Source: a virus
Reading direction: 5' to 3' (one strand)
Length of the DNA stretch: 64,000 nt
Virus record (IMG/VR): IMGVR_UViG_3300042691_051382
Shown here in pieces: positions 36,768 through 47,004 of the stretch (the stretch's first letter is position 1; every line of letters begins with the position of its first letter). The position numbers and the translations under genes were made by a program. The notes below the pieces were generated by a model that was not told the DNA's origin, made no database searches, and saw only the letters and a list, made by a program, of their open reading frames with translations.

Positions 36768-37964
36768 TTACTTTTTTCCAAAACGAGCGAGCGTTTGGAC
36801 GTATTGGTCCATGCTCTCGTTGAGTTCCACTACATCGTTGTTGCTGGCCACATCGTCAACCGATTCGGTGAGATAGTTCACCGGAGCGGATGGTGTGGAG
36901 ATGGTTTCGCCAAAATAGCTTTCTTTGATCGTGTTGATCTTGTTGATGAAGTTTTCGTCGGTGTCGTAGTTGACATTTTCGCAAAGCTTCATAAAGCGTT
37001 CGAATTCTGCGGCTGTGAGTTCTTCGCCAAGAGTGGCAACCACTTCGTTGCGGCGATACGACTCGATCGATTCGTTCAAATCGATGTTGCGGTTGATTTC
37101 GTCGTTGAGACGACCTTCGAGTTCGTCAATCTTTCCGCTGAGTTGTTCCACAAGGTTCACATCGCTATCGGGAACATCCACACCGTGTTCAACAAACAGA
37201 GTGCGAAGACCTTCGATAAAGCTTTCGGCGATTTCGAGACGCACGCCGTTTTCGAGTTGAAGACGATTTTCTTCGACCCATTCGTTCACAACATAACCAA
37301 GATACGAATCAACTTGTTCGTTAATTTCGTTTTTGACGATTTCAACGTATTCTTCGGCAAGTGCTTCGTATTCGTTTGCAATCGATTCACGAAGCGATTG
37401 TTCGCGTTCGTCGAGAGCCGTTTGGAAGATAAGAGCAGCCTTCTGCTTGAAATCTTCGCTGAGAGTTTCGCCGTTGAACAAAGCCGAAAGGTGCTCTTCC
37501 ATCTTTTCAGATTTCATTGGCTTCTTTTCCTTGAGCATCGGCTTGTTTTCGTCGCCTTCGTATTCTTCTTCCTTTTCGCCCATTTCTTCTGATTCTTCGC
37601 CCTCTTCGCCTTCTTCGTCGTTAGACTTGGTGGCAACCGGAGCAGATTTGGTGTTTCCGAACGTATCGGTAGCACCAAAGCTCATCTTTTGAGATGTGTT
37701 CTTGGCTTTTGGATCCTGTGAAGGATGCACAGCCGTTGGAATCTTGGCGAGGAGCGATTGAATCACATCCACTCCAGGACCTTTGAGAATCACTTCTCCG
37801 CCCTGTGAAGGTTGTGAAGGCATCTTTCCAGCCGCATCTTGAGAACGTGTGGCTTCAACGTTCTTCATTTGCATGGCTTTACCATTTACGGGATTGGTTT
37901 CAGCCATTTCCTTTTTGTTTTCTTCTTCAACAAGAATCTGCTTGATTTGTTCTAAAGGATCCAT
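36768..37964 (-). CDS. gp22: Prohead core scaffold protein
   Basis: LSEDFKQKAALIF, VDSYLGYVVNEW.EEN, AESFIEGL, IKESYF. Confidence 0.92.
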   Translation of the reverse strand: MDPLEQIKQILVEEENKKEMAETNPVNGKAMQMKNVEATRSQDAAGKMPSQPSQGGEVILKGPGVDVIQSLLAKIPTAVHPSQDPKAKNTSQKMSFGATDTFGNTKSAPVATKSNDEEGEEGEESEEMGEKEEEYEGDENKPMLKEKKPMKSEKMEEHLSALFNGETLSEDFKQKAALIFQTALDEREQSLRESIANEYEALAEEYVEIVKNEINEQVDSYLGYVVNEWVEENRLQLENGVRLEIAESFIEGLRTLFVEHGVDVPDSDVNLVEQLSGKIDELEGRLNDEINRNIDLNESIESYRRNEVVATLGEELTAAEFERFMKLCENVNYDTDENFINKINTIKESYFGETISTPSAPVNYLTESVDDVASNNDVVELNESMDQYVQTLARFGKK

Positions 37965-37991
37965 TTATATCTCCTATTTACCGTTAACAAT

Positions 37992-37999
37992 TATTTATA
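37992..37999 (-). promoter_or_regulatory. Late promoter TATAAATA (gp22)
   Basis: Exact motif. Confidence 0.75.
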
Positions 38000-38003
38000 A
38001 AAA

Positions 38004-38648
38004 TTAAAGTTTACCTAAGAAATCTTTGAACGCTTTTAATGCACATTCTTCGAGATTTCTAGAGGATGCTTTTTTGATTTGTTTCTTGTAATTTTCAATT
38101 TCGACGCTTTTGAGAACACCCGACTCGTAAATCCATTCGCGTGATTCCATTATGCCACGCACAAACGCATCGGGTGCGCTGGGATCAGCCACGATATCGG
38201 CTGCGGTTGCCAAGCGGAAATCGTCGTTTACATACGAAACGCCGTTTTGTTCGCGAAGCGTACCCAAACCACGGCTCGAAACTCCGAGTTTTGCGCCTTC
38301 GTCGATCAAATTTTTAACAATTTTACCGTATGGGGTGTCCATGATTTTGGCTTTACCGATGAAGTTGTTGCCTTCACGGTGAAGATCCTTGATCATGTGG
38401 CTAACGCGTTCGAGGTTGATTTGTGGACCATCCGGGTGACCAAGTTCGCCAAAAGCGCGATTTTGGTTCACAAAAGAGTTCATGTAGCGATCCACTTCGT
38501 TTTCCAAAACATGCATTTCATAAACACGACCGTTGCGATTGCGCATTTCACCCTGAAGAAAAACTCCTTCGATGAAATGCTGCTTGCTGTCGCCTTTTCC
38601 TTCGGTGATGATTTTGATGCTTTCGTTGACTTCGGTGATGAGTTTCAT
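38004..38648 (-). CDS. gp21: Prohead protease
   Basis: MKLITE, NRNGRVY, GELGHP, GVSSRGLG, DIVADPSAPDAFV. Confidence 0.97.
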   Translation of the reverse strand: MKLITEVNESIKIITEGKGDSKQHFIEGVFLQGEMRNRNGRVYEMHVLENEVDRYMNSFVNQNRAFGELGHPDGPQINLERVSHMIKDLHREGNNFIGKAKIMDTPYGKIVKNLIDEGAKLGVSSRGLGTLREQNGVSYVNDDFRLATAADIVADPSAPDAFVRGIMESREWIYESGVLKSVEIENYKKQIKKASSRNLEECALKAFKDFLGKL

Positions 38649-38658
38649 TTGTTTCTCT

Positions 38659-39120
38659 TTACATTTGACGGATGTATCCGCCGTTCTTGTCTAGTTCCAA
38701 TATGACCGTTACCGTGTCGTTGGTTGTCATTGCACTGGTGTTTCTTACTTGAACATAGTTTCTGCGAGTGGCTGCGGTGTCGGTGTTGCGGAAAACTATT
38801 GCATCTGCGGTGTAATTGACGTATCCGCTGCCGTTCAAGTACAAAAATGGAGTTCCGGTGAGCGAACCGCTAACACCCCACGACAATTCAACCGCTGTTC
38901 CGGTTGCGCCTTGAGGAAGACTCCAAAACACCTTGGATACGTTTATGTTCACGGCTGTGCTGCCGGTTGCTTGTGTGCTGTCGTAGCCGGTCAAACTGCT
39001 AGCCTGAATCGATCCAGTCAAGTTTCCGGCAGCAACAGCACCACCGCCACCGCCATAGATGAATTGCACGACCGATCTTTCGTAATTATCATAAAGAACG
39101 TTGGTTGTAAATTGAGGCAT
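38659..39120 (-). CDS. Putative virion structural protein (GxT-rich)
   Basis: In the head cluster; GATAAATA late-like site at ~39149. Confidence 0.6.
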   Translation of the reverse strand: MPQFTTNVLYDNYERSVVQFIYGGGGGAVAAGNLTGSIQASSLTGYDSTQATGSTAVNINVSKVFWSLPQGATGTAVELSWGVSGSLTGTPFLYLNGSGYVNYTADAIVFRNTDTAATRRNYVQVRNTSAMTTNDTVTVILELDKNGGYIRQM

Positions 39121-39128
39121 TTTTTATC

Positions 39129-39689
39129 TCACGCTGGGTTTATCAAGTATTTATCATAATATTTTATTGAGAAAATTAACGATCCTGTTAGTGTTTTTCC
39201 GGTTGGTATGTCAAAAAAATAAGATATTTCTTCTAAAGAAAAATATTGTTGACTAGTCCAATCAATCGTTCCGTTTTCGATAAACATGTCGATTCCAGAT
39301 TTGAAACTGTAATTCATGTTTTGAAAGTTGTCTTTTTTGATATTGAATGTGTTTGCGTTTGAAGATATGTCCATCACATTCAATAAATTGGAACCGCTTG
39401 GATCAAAATAACCAAATTTTAAGGTGTGATTCAAACTCGACCACACAAAATTTATTTTATATTTGCCAGCATAAGTTGCATCTGGTGGAGTTACACCTCC
39501 AATTGTTGCTGTTGTGGGATAAAAATAAGATATTACAGAATGATTTAAAAAATCTACTTTATATGTGGCTTCATATGGTGTAGCAGATGTTTGAAGTTCG
39601 TTGCTTCCGTTTGAATATTTCAAATAATTGCTGTCACCGGTAAAATTGGTGAGACCTTTGAACTTTACTGTTGTAATGGTTACAGCCAT
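39129..39689 (-). CDS. Hypothetical protein
   Basis: ATG 39689 overlaps the upstream TAA (TAATG). Confidence 0.6.
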   Translation of the reverse strand: MAVTITTVKFKGLTNFTGDSNYLKYSNGSNELQTSATPYEATYKVDFLNHSVISYFYPTTATIGGVTPPDATYAGKYKINFVWSSLNHTLKFGYFDPSGSNLLNVMDISSNANTFNIKKDNFQNMNYSFKSGIDMFIENGTIDWTSQQYFSLEEISYFFDIPTGKTLTGSLIFSIKYYDKYLINPA

Positions 39690-40030
39690 TAGTTGATGTA
39701 GTCTCGACAAAAATCAACAATTTTTGAATAGCTATTGATGTCTTCGTTCAACAAATTTTCAAAGATAACCTGATTGTCTTGATTCAATTCTTCGTAAGTG
39801 TACACAATATTTTTTGCTTCGTTTTGAGCAATTTGAACAATCGACCCATCTCTAAGCTTGAATGTTTGTGGTTCTTCGCTGTCGGATGCGGCTTTTATCT
39901 TGGAAAGAACCGTTGTTTGTTCGGTTTCGGGTTGTTTTTCGGTTTCGTCGTTGTCAACAGTGCGATAGTTAGCATACAATAAAACAGACTCATTTATATT
40001 GCTTTTGCGTATATCTGAAAACTTTTTCAT
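39689..40030 (-). CDS. Putative prohead core protein
   Basis: Directly after the portal gene; MKKFSDIRKSNINE start; 'FKLRDGS...YEELNQDNQ' motif. Confidence 0.55.
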   Translation of the reverse strand: MKKFSDIRKSNINESVLLYANYRTVDNDETEKQPETEQTTVLSKIKAASDSEEPQTFKLRDGSIVQIAQNEAKNIVYTYEELNQDNQVIFENLLNEDINSYSKIVDFCRDYIN

Positions 40031-40039
40031 TGGTGTGCC

Positions 40040-41734
40040 TTAAAGTCTTGGTTGTTCTTGTTGTGTTGGTTCTAGAGATGGTTGCTGCTGAGTCTCGTCG
40101 GACGGCGGCTGTGACGCATCTTGCTGCTCTTGGGGTTGCATTTCGGATTGAGCCGATGGTGTTTCGGTATCGGTTTGCTGTTGAACTTTTTGCGCTTCGG
40201 CTTCGGCTTCGATCTGTTGTTTTTGTTTTTCCATTTCTTTTTCTTGATCGATCTGCATCTGCATTATTTCGATTTCTGTGTCGTTCATTCCCAATATATT
40301 CTTTTTGATCCAGTATTGAGAATAATAAACACCAACATATGCTTGCAATTGACCAAGAACATTTGCACGCTCGAGTGCAACTTCATTTTCTTTGAGTTCC
40401 GCAAAATAACTGTCTTTCAAGAAATCAAAGAATATTTTGTCTTTGATGCGATTCCACTCGCGCTCGTTTATTATTTTCTTGAGAATAAGTTGTGTTTTGA
40501 GAAGATTGTAGAAAAGTTCCGAGAACTTGTTGCGAAGACGATTCACAAACTTGGCGAACTTGATTTCGTCGCGTGTGATTTCGGTGCTTTTGCCGATGGT
40601 GAAGCTCTTTTGTTCGCCATCCATACGCGATAATGGAACATTCAAGCTCTTGTAAAGCTTTTTCAGGAAATATTTAACGTCTTCTAGTTCGCTGAGATTC
40701 TGAGCACCTTGAAGTGTTGTGATTTCGGTGCCTTTGCCACCTTCGCGGCGCGGCAACCAATAATCTTCCAACATGCTCATGTGGCGGCGATCGTCGCGTA
40801 TTTCGCCGGTGCTAGCATCGTAAATGAGCTTGTTGCGATACTTGTTCATCAGATCGCGAACATATTGCTCGGCTTTTTGCTTGGGCAAGTTACCAACGTC
40901 GATATAAAAAATACGACGCTCGGGTGCACGGCTAAGACGGTAAATCACTACCGCATCTTCCATCATTCGCAGCTGATTCAACGGTTTGATGGCTTTGTGC
41001 AAGTATCCAACCGTGCGCTTGTTTCGACTGTCGAAAAGACCCGAAGTAACATAAACAACAGCATCCGGAGAGATTCGCAGTGCACTGCTGGCACTCGATC
41101 CAGTGTTCATGTTCATACCGGTTCTGAAACCATCTTTGCTGTAAACGTAAAATTCTTCGGCACCGGTTATGATTCTGTGACCCTGTGCGTTCAGTTCTCG
41201 CTTGTACTGTTTTACTTTTTGTATGTTTACAGGATCAACATAACGAACTTCTGCGATACCACGTTCGGGTGTTTTATCGTCTACGATAATATGGTACACC
41301 AACTTTCCGTCGATGTACCATCTACGAAATATCTCGTAACCTTTGGTTTGAAAATTTAAAAGCGAAAGTACGTTGTTGAATTCTTTGATGATGCGGCGTT
41401 TGATGTCATCGCTGTATTCTACTGCATCCAATATTATTTTTACCGGAGCAGAATTTTCTTCGCTGACAATTGCATCAGAAACAATATCATCGACTGCCGC
41501 TTCGCATTCGGGATGCATCGACATTTCGCGATATTTGTATATCAAATCCGCATCGTTGCGGGTTGTGTGATCGAAATCAACGTACTGACCAAAAAAGCCA
41601 CCAACGGCTTCGATACTCACAGCATCGTCGTCGTTTTGCGGCAAAACAAAAGACCGCCGAATCTTCTTGTTTTCACTCGAAGACAGCGGTTTTTTGTCGG
41701 AACCAAGTTTTAAACCAAAAAGTTTAAATTCCAT
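40040..41734 (-). CDS. gp20: Portal protein
   Basis: YLHKAIKPLNQLRMMEDAVVIYRLSRAPERRIFYIDVGNLP, EDYWLPRREGGKGTEI. Confidence 0.98.
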   Translation of the reverse strand: MEFKLFGLKLGSDKKPLSSSENKKIRRSFVLPQNDDDAVSIEAVGGFFGQYVDFDHTTRNDADLIYKYREMSMHPECEAAVDDIVSDAIVSEENSAPVKIILDAVEYSDDIKRRIIKEFNNVLSLLNFQTKGYEIFRRWYIDGKLVYHIIVDDKTPERGIAEVRYVDPVNIQKVKQYKRELNAQGHRIITGAEEFYVYSKDGFRTGMNMNTGSSASSALRISPDAVVYVTSGLFDSRNKRTVGYLHKAIKPLNQLRMMEDAVVIYRLSRAPERRIFYIDVGNLPKQKAEQYVRDLMNKYRNKLIYDASTGEIRDDRRHMSMLEDYWLPRREGGKGTEITTLQGAQNLSELEDVKYFLKKLYKSLNVPLSRMDGEQKSFTIGKSTEITRDEIKFAKFVNRLRNKFSELFYNLLKTQLILKKIINEREWNRIKDKIFFDFLKDSYFAELKENEVALERANVLGQLQAYVGVYYSQYWIKKNILGMNDTEIEIMQMQIDQEKEMEKQKQQIEAEAEAQKVQQQTDTETPSAQSEMQPQEQQDASQPPSDETQQQPSLEPTQQEQPRL

Positions 41735-41751
41735 AATATTGCTTTGCTAAA

Positions 41752-42291
41752 TTAGGTGCTTACTCCACCACCGATTTGGTAGTACTGATACTGCAATTCT
41801 ACGGTGAACGTTTCGATTGCATCTTTAGCACCGTAATCGAGCGCGATATCGCTGATCGCCGATGGCCAGCAGTCAACAAACTGATAAGTTTGCACATCAC
41901 GACCTTGACGATCGAGTTGTGTTACTTGCCACTGCTGTGCGTATTCGCTGAGACCCAAACGACTCACGTTTGTTTCTACGCTGTTTACACGGTTGCTCCA
42001 CGCTTCGAATGCTTTGCGAAGAGGATATCCCGTGTCGTTGAGAACCGTGATGGTCCAAGATGCGAACGAGCGGTCACCAGCCAAAATCAAAGGTCTTCCC
42101 TGAAAGAAAGTTGTTACGGTTCCAACCGTTACAGCAGGAATGCTGGCTGCGCTACAAAGAAACTGAATATCGTTTGCCGGGTTTGTACCGGATATTGCGA
42201 CCGACACCGCAGGAAATGTACCGTTGACACGATACAAGTTTGCGCGTGCGCCGCCACCCGTTAACTTGTTTTTAAACTCTTGAATGTTCAT
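41752..42291 (-). CDS. gp19: Tail tube protein
   Basis: GGARANL, AGDRSF.SWTITVLND, WPSAISDI.L, IETFTVELQY. Confidence 0.95.
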   Translation of the reverse strand: MNIQEFKNKLTGGGARANLYRVNGTFPAVSVAISGTNPANDIQFLCSAASIPAVTVGTVTTFFQGRPLILAGDRSFASWTITVLNDTGYPLRKAFEAWSNRVNSVETNVSRLGLSEYAQQWQVTQLDRQGRDVQTYQFVDCWPSAISDIALDYGAKDAIETFTVELQYQYYQIGGGVST

Positions 42292-42336
42292 TTGTTACAG
42301 AACTCCTTCTTGTTCCTTTAAGTATTTATCGATCTT

Positions 42337-44142
42337 TTAGTTGGATCCCGGACGAGTAAGGCTTGCGACTTCTTCGAAGTTCACACCGGTTCGGGTAGCG
42401 ATAAAGTTAAGTTGAATGAAGTTGATGCTGCGTGCTGGCTTGATGTAGATGTCAGCCACAAAGCGGTTGCTGTCGATAACTTCTGGGGTGTTGTTTGTTT
42501 CGTCACAAATAACCTTGAAGTCGTACACACCGCGGCGTGCCTGAACATCACGAAGGAATGGTTCAACCATGCTTACAAACATCGAGCGAGTAAACGCATC
42601 GTTGAATTCGAACAGTTGATACTTGGCAGCAATCGAAATTGCTTTCTCAAGAACTATAAACAAGCGGCGCACGTTGATGCGATCAAACGCACTCGGCTTG
42701 GTTTGCGCAGTACGATCGCCGTACAACACGGTTCCTTCGCCGGGGAACGTAACCACGGGATTGATACCCTTGGGATAAATGTTGTCGCGATAAGCTTGTG
42801 TTGGGTTCCATGCAAGTTTGATAACACCCTTGATGTTTCCACGGTTGAAACCGGCAGGCGACCACCAAGGATCGTTGGTTTCATCGGTACGAACCACAAG
42901 ACCAGCAATATCGCCATTCAACGGAACGTAACGGTAGATGTCGTTGTAACGATCATACATTTGCTTGTAACCGCTATCGATGAATGCGTAGCTGTTGCTA
43001 CCGATTGCATTTTTCATAGCAATTGCTTTATCTTGCGCAAGAGTATTGCGAGCTGCACCAGAAACACCCGAACCAGCAATTTTTTCATCGATATCAGGCG
43101 AAACAAACGCAACACAATCTTTACGATCGCGTGCTACTTCGCACATTGCGGCTGCACCTGCTCCGGTGAGAGGTCCACCAAGAAGAAGCGAAACGTCCAC
43201 CGTGTCGGGATCGCCAAAGAATTCGTCGTATGCTGCACCAAGTTCGTTGTTGTCCACACCAGTCAGAGAGTCGGCAAGAGTGCCAGCCGTGAACGAAGCA
43301 ACAAACAATCCAGCTGTAGATCCAGCCGCTGCTGCGCCTGCTGTTGCAGAAATAGATCCAAACGATGAGTTTTCGGAAGTGTAATTTCCGATACCTTGAA
43401 TATGGTTCATCCAGTAAATATAAGCGGATGTATCGTTGAGTACGTTCTTGTAGTAGTTGCTGCTACCGTCAGATTTACGAGCATCGCTAGCCTTGGAAAG
43501 ACCATCAAATATTTCCAAAACGCTTCCGGTAACACCAGTGTATTTACCGTTTGCATCGATTACAGCAACGTGAATTTCGTCGCCGTAGAATGCTGTGGAT
43601 CCACCCTTGGCATTTTCAACAAACAAAGATGTTCCGGGTGCGCTCACAAATTGACCGCTGAGGCTCCAGCTGTTGAAAGCTGTTGCGCTATCACATACTT
43701 CGATGCGCAAGCTGTTTCCAAAAACACCAGCGTACTTGGCTGCAAAGTATGTTGTGGATGAAGGTTCATAATATCCAGCACCAACAAGATTTTCGAAACG
43801 ATCGGCATTTTCGATCAAAACGCCTGTGGATGCGCCTGTGGATCCGCTCAAACCCACCACCGAGTTTCTTGCGGCACTTCCAGCTTCCAAAAATCTTACA
43901 ACTTGAACGTTGTTGCCGTATTGAAGAAAGTTGGCAACCGTAAAAAAGTGCTTGTAGTTGTTGTTGTCGGGACCGCCGTACAACTGATAAAGATCGTTTT
44001 CGCTTGAAACAACAATGCGTTGATTGGCTGGACCCCAATTGAAAAGTCCAACATACCCAGCTGGTGTGGTTGCAACTGCAGGAATGATGGAGGTGAGGTC
44101 GCGTTCGACTACTCTAACGCCGGGGCTGATTTGAAAACCCAT
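42337..44142 (-). CDS. gp18: Tail sheath protein
   Basis: FQISPGV..ERDL, RKDCVAFVSP, PWWSPAGFNRG, FDRINVRRLF, IKPARSINFI.LNF. Confidence 0.97.
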   Translation of the reverse strand: MGFQISPGVRVVERDLTSIIPAVATTPAGYVGLFNWGPANQRIVVSSENDLYQLYGGPDNNNYKHFFTVANFLQYGNNVQVVRFLEAGSAARNSVVGLSGSTGASTGVLIENADRFENLVGAGYYEPSSTTYFAAKYAGVFGNSLRIEVCDSATAFNSWSLSGQFVSAPGTSLFVENAKGGSTAFYGDEIHVAVIDANGKYTGVTGSVLEIFDGLSKASDARKSDGSSNYYKNVLNDTSAYIYWMNHIQGIGNYTSENSSFGSISATAGAAAAGSTAGLFVASFTAGTLADSLTGVDNNELGAAYDEFFGDPDTVDVSLLLGGPLTGAGAAAMCEVARDRKDCVAFVSPDIDEKIAGSGVSGAARNTLAQDKAIAMKNAIGSNSYAFIDSGYKQMYDRYNDIYRYVPLNGDIAGLVVRTDETNDPWWSPAGFNRGNIKGVIKLAWNPTQAYRDNIYPKGINPVVTFPGEGTVLYGDRTAQTKPSAFDRINVRRLFIVLEKAISIAAKYQLFEFNDAFTRSMFVSMVEPFLRDVQARRGVYDFKVICDETNNTPEVIDSNRFVADIYIKPARSINFIQLNFIATRTGVNFEEVASLTRPGSN

Positions 44143-44209
44143 TATTATTCTCCTTTGGAATACTTGAATGTACCAATAACACCAATGTATTACGATAGTA
44201 TTTTATGAA

Positions 44210-44217
44210 TATTTATA
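44210..44217 (-). promoter_or_regulatory. Late promoter TATAAATA (gp18)
   Basis: Exact motif. Confidence 0.75.
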
Positions 44218-44229
44218 AAATTTCTATTT

Positions 44230-45714
44230 TTAGTCTTTCCAAAGTTCCATATCATCGTTGCGGCGTTGTTTTTCGCTACGATCGTCAAAAATATTGATGT
44301 TATCATCGTCGGAGCCGTCTCCATCGTTGAAAAAACCAAATGGCATCACTTGTTCTTCAATTTTTCTTATTTGTTCTTCGTAAATACGTTGACGAACGTC
44401 GCTGTTGGTGTAATCTTTAAAGTAAGATTGTGTGGTGAGCCATCCAAACAGCACCAAAGTGCTGATCAAGTCGTCGTTGTAGCCTTCGTTTGCTTCGTAA
44501 CCGGCTCCACGAGCCACAAATGTGCTAAATTCTGAAATTGTATCAAAATCTTGAATTATGAGTTTGTCGTTTTCGATCATATCTTTGAGCAGACTGCAGC
44601 CCATTTTTTTGATTTGATAGCTCATGCGCACACCCATCTGCACTTTGCCGCTACCGAAACCACCGTCAGCCTTCTGACCGCGCTTGCCACGGTTGGATAC
44701 ACTCAAAATGTTACCATATTCAAGTTCTTCGTGTAATATTTCGGCTACAGCTTGTCCAAGATCGTTGATTTCAAACAAAGCCAATGCTTCGTTGTACATA
44801 TCGCCTAGTTTTTTGATGTGATGCGGTACAACTTGATACGAAATGGTATTATTTTTGAATTTTGCCACTTGACGATACGGCATTTTGGTGCAATCGATGA
44901 TGCTTATCGCATGATAATCTTGTTCTTCGCCTCGAGATGTGTCGATACACATAGCATATATGTGATTTTTCTGTGGTGGTTCATAAATATCCAATCCTTC
45001 GGGGGTGGATGTTTGCGGAACTCCAAAAACCATGTTGGCTATTTTTGATGGAGTTATGAGTGTGTTTTCGCTACCTACAAAGTCGCATAAATATTCCGTC
45101 CTCCACTGCGCTTCGCTAGTATTGGCTATTGTTTCTTGTTTGAATTTTTCATCGCGTCCTGGTACATCATACCAATGTGCTTCAACTGGGACATATCCAT
45201 TTTTACCGTTTTGAGCATTGGTCCAAGTTTTGTAAAAATGATTGAGACCTTTGGGTGTGCTGATCAAAATAGCTTTAGTGTTCTTACCCGAGCTGATGGT
45301 TGGATACACCGAACTGAAGAATTCTTCTGCCACGCCATTGGGAACGTAAGCGTATTCGTCAAGCACGATGCAATTCGAAATTTGTACATTATTTGCAATA
45401 TATGAATGTGTATTTTCCACATTGATCAAATCATAAACATCTTGTTTCTCTTTTGAAATTTCTTTATGCAGTAAAACTATTTGATTGTCGTTGTGACTTA
45501 ATACAGTATCATATAATTTTAATTCTTTGGCTGTTTTCCATCCTTCGGGAGTTTTTATTTTATGATCAAAAGTACACTTTAAAAAAGACTCATCATCAAA
45601 ATATAATTCAATTATTTTTTGATCTTTGGTTATCAGCAAGCCATCACTAGAACGATAAATACCATCACCACCGAGAACTTTTAAATTTGGTATTTCGATT
45701 AATTCTTGTTGCAT
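44230..45714 (-). CDS. gp17: Terminase large subunit C-terminal fragment preceded by a 114-aa intein C-part
   Basis: CTFDH (block B), VYDLINVE (block F), ISN|CIVLDEYAYV (Walker B), STPKGLNHF, nuclease domain DTSRG...NDDLIS. Confidence 0.92.
   Translation of the reverse strand: MQQELIEIPNLKVLGGDGIYRSSDGLLITKDQKIIELYFDDESFLKCTFDHKIKTPEGWKTAKELKLYDTVLSHNDNQIVLLHKEISKEKQDVYDLINVENTHSYIANNVQISNCIVLDEYAYVPNGVAEEFFSSVYPTISSGKNTKAILISTPKGLNHFYKTWTNAQNGKNGYVPVEAHWYDVPGRDEKFKQETIANTSEAQWRTEYLCDFVGSENTLITPSKIANMVFGVPQTSTPEGLDIYEPPQKNHIYAMCIDTSRGEEQDYHAISIIDCTKMPYRQVAKFKNNTISYQVVPHHIKKLGDMYNEALALFEINDLGQAVAEILHEELEYGNILSVSNRGKRGQKADGGFGSGKVQMGVRMSYQIKKMGCSLLKDMIENDKLIIQDFDTISEFSTFVARGAGYEANEGYNDDLISTLVLFGWLTTQSYFKDYTNSDVRQRIYEEQIRKIEEQVMPFGFFNDGDGSDDDNINIFDDRSEKQRRNDDMELWKD
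45373..45714 (-). mobile_element. Atypically split intein IntC (TerL)
   Basis: Contains blocks B, F and G but no block A; Asn followed by Cys+1. Confidence 0.85.
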
Positions 45715-47004
45715 TTATTTTCTTCCCATCACAAATCCATCTGGAGCGTCTTCAGGTTTTACACGTATTATTTGTCCTGTTGTCCTATTAATAAACCATT
45801 TTAAATTGTAGTTAAGATTCTTTTTGCCTTTGTTCCATGCAACTCTACCTTTTGCGGCATCAGACATCTTCTTGCGTGATTCTTGACTTCTTTTCATGCC
45901 CCTATGTTTTTCGGCAGTCTTCATAATCTTGATAGGATTTTTATTAATTTTATCTATCCACTCTTTTGTTTTTTTACCTTTGTTTGAGTTAGATATTTTT
46001 TGTTTTGTTTCTTGCGAATGGTGTGATCCAGTTCTTACTTGTCGAATAGCCTCACCATATTGTTCTTTTAATAATTCATATTGACGAGAAGACACTTTAT
46101 AATATTTTTTGGCATGTCCATTAATCATTAAACTCCACGCAAGCACCATTTTAGCTTTTGCTTTTCCTGTCAAACATTTTACCAGCAAACGATGTACAAT
46201 ATAATGCTCTCGTGCTGTCAGATAAACTAGATTGGATGGATCGTCGCTCCCTCCTAATGATCTTGGAGTTATGTGGTGCAATTCAGAATATCCATCTACG
46301 ATATTTCTTTTTTGTGCAAACCGAATAATATTACAATACCAATTATAGTATTTGTTTGATAATGGTTTAAACTCGATTTCATTTTTACAATCTGGATGAG
46401 TTAGCATATCATTATTTATTAATTTTGAAATTTTGCCTATTTCAATTTTTTGCTGTTGTCCTTGATATACAATATCAACAACAGCATCTCCTGTAATGCA
46501 ATTGTAACTGCCACCACGAACCGCACTCGACGAAGTAGCCGCAGAAATAATTTTGGACCCGTTTTCCAATTGAACCGAAAACTTGTTCCATTCGACCACG
46601 CCTTGTTGCAACCAACGCGGCAAGTTTTCGTAGCTGGTTTTGAAACGATCCAGCAATTCTTTGGCTGTGGTGCCTTTGTTGGCGAGTATTGCCACTCGAA
46701 CGTTTGCATTGAAGAGACAATAATGCAACAAATAGCTTGTTACGGTAATGGATTTACCGCTCTGTCTTGGAATTTTACATATGGTAAATCTGTTGTTGTG
46801 AACTGTTTCAACAATTCTTCGTTGAAACGGATACAGTTGAAACGGAACCAAACCTTGATCTAGATTCACGACCTTGATGTATTTTTCCATAAAATACACC
46901 GGCTCTTCGGCACATTTCAAGTATTCCTGAAGTTGCTCGGCTGTATAATTTACTTTTACGTTTGTGTTTTTAAGTAACGGATTGCCAAGATAGTTGTCAC
47001 TCAT
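45715..47004 (-). CDS. gp17: Terminase large subunit N-terminal fragment + short IntN + in-frame HNH-NUMOD3 endonuclease
   Basis: YLGNPLLK, PRQSGKS (Walker A), AVRGGSYN|CITGDAVV (intein block A at 46500), ELHHITPRSLGG...LTAREHY, HSQETKQKIS. Confidence 0.9.
   Translation of the reverse strand: MSDNYLGNPLLKNTNVKVNYTAEQLQEYLKCAEEPVYFMEKYIKVVNLDQGLVPFQLYPFQRRIVETVHNNRFTICKIPRQSGKSITVTSYLLHYCLFNANVRVAILANKGTTAKELLDRFKTSYENLPRWLQQGVVEWNKFSVQLENGSKIISAATSSSAVRGGSYNCITGDAVVDIVYQGQQQKIEIGKISKLINNDMLTHPDCKNEIEFKPLSNKYYNWYCNIIRFAQKRNIVDGYSELHHITPRSLGGSDDPSNLVYLTAREHYIVHRLLVKCLTGKAKAKMVLAWSLMINGHAKKYYKVSSRQYELLKEQYGEAIRQVRTGSHHSQETKQKISNSNKGKKTKEWIDKINKNPIKIMKTAEKHRGMKRSQESRKKMSDAAKGRVAWNKGKKNLNYNLKWFINRTTGQIIRVKPEDAPDGFVMGRK

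Noticed and set aside
44230-47004. Terminase or uvsX as pseudogenes
   Set aside because: All catalytic motifs are intact and the breaks fall inside inteins with complete splicing residues.
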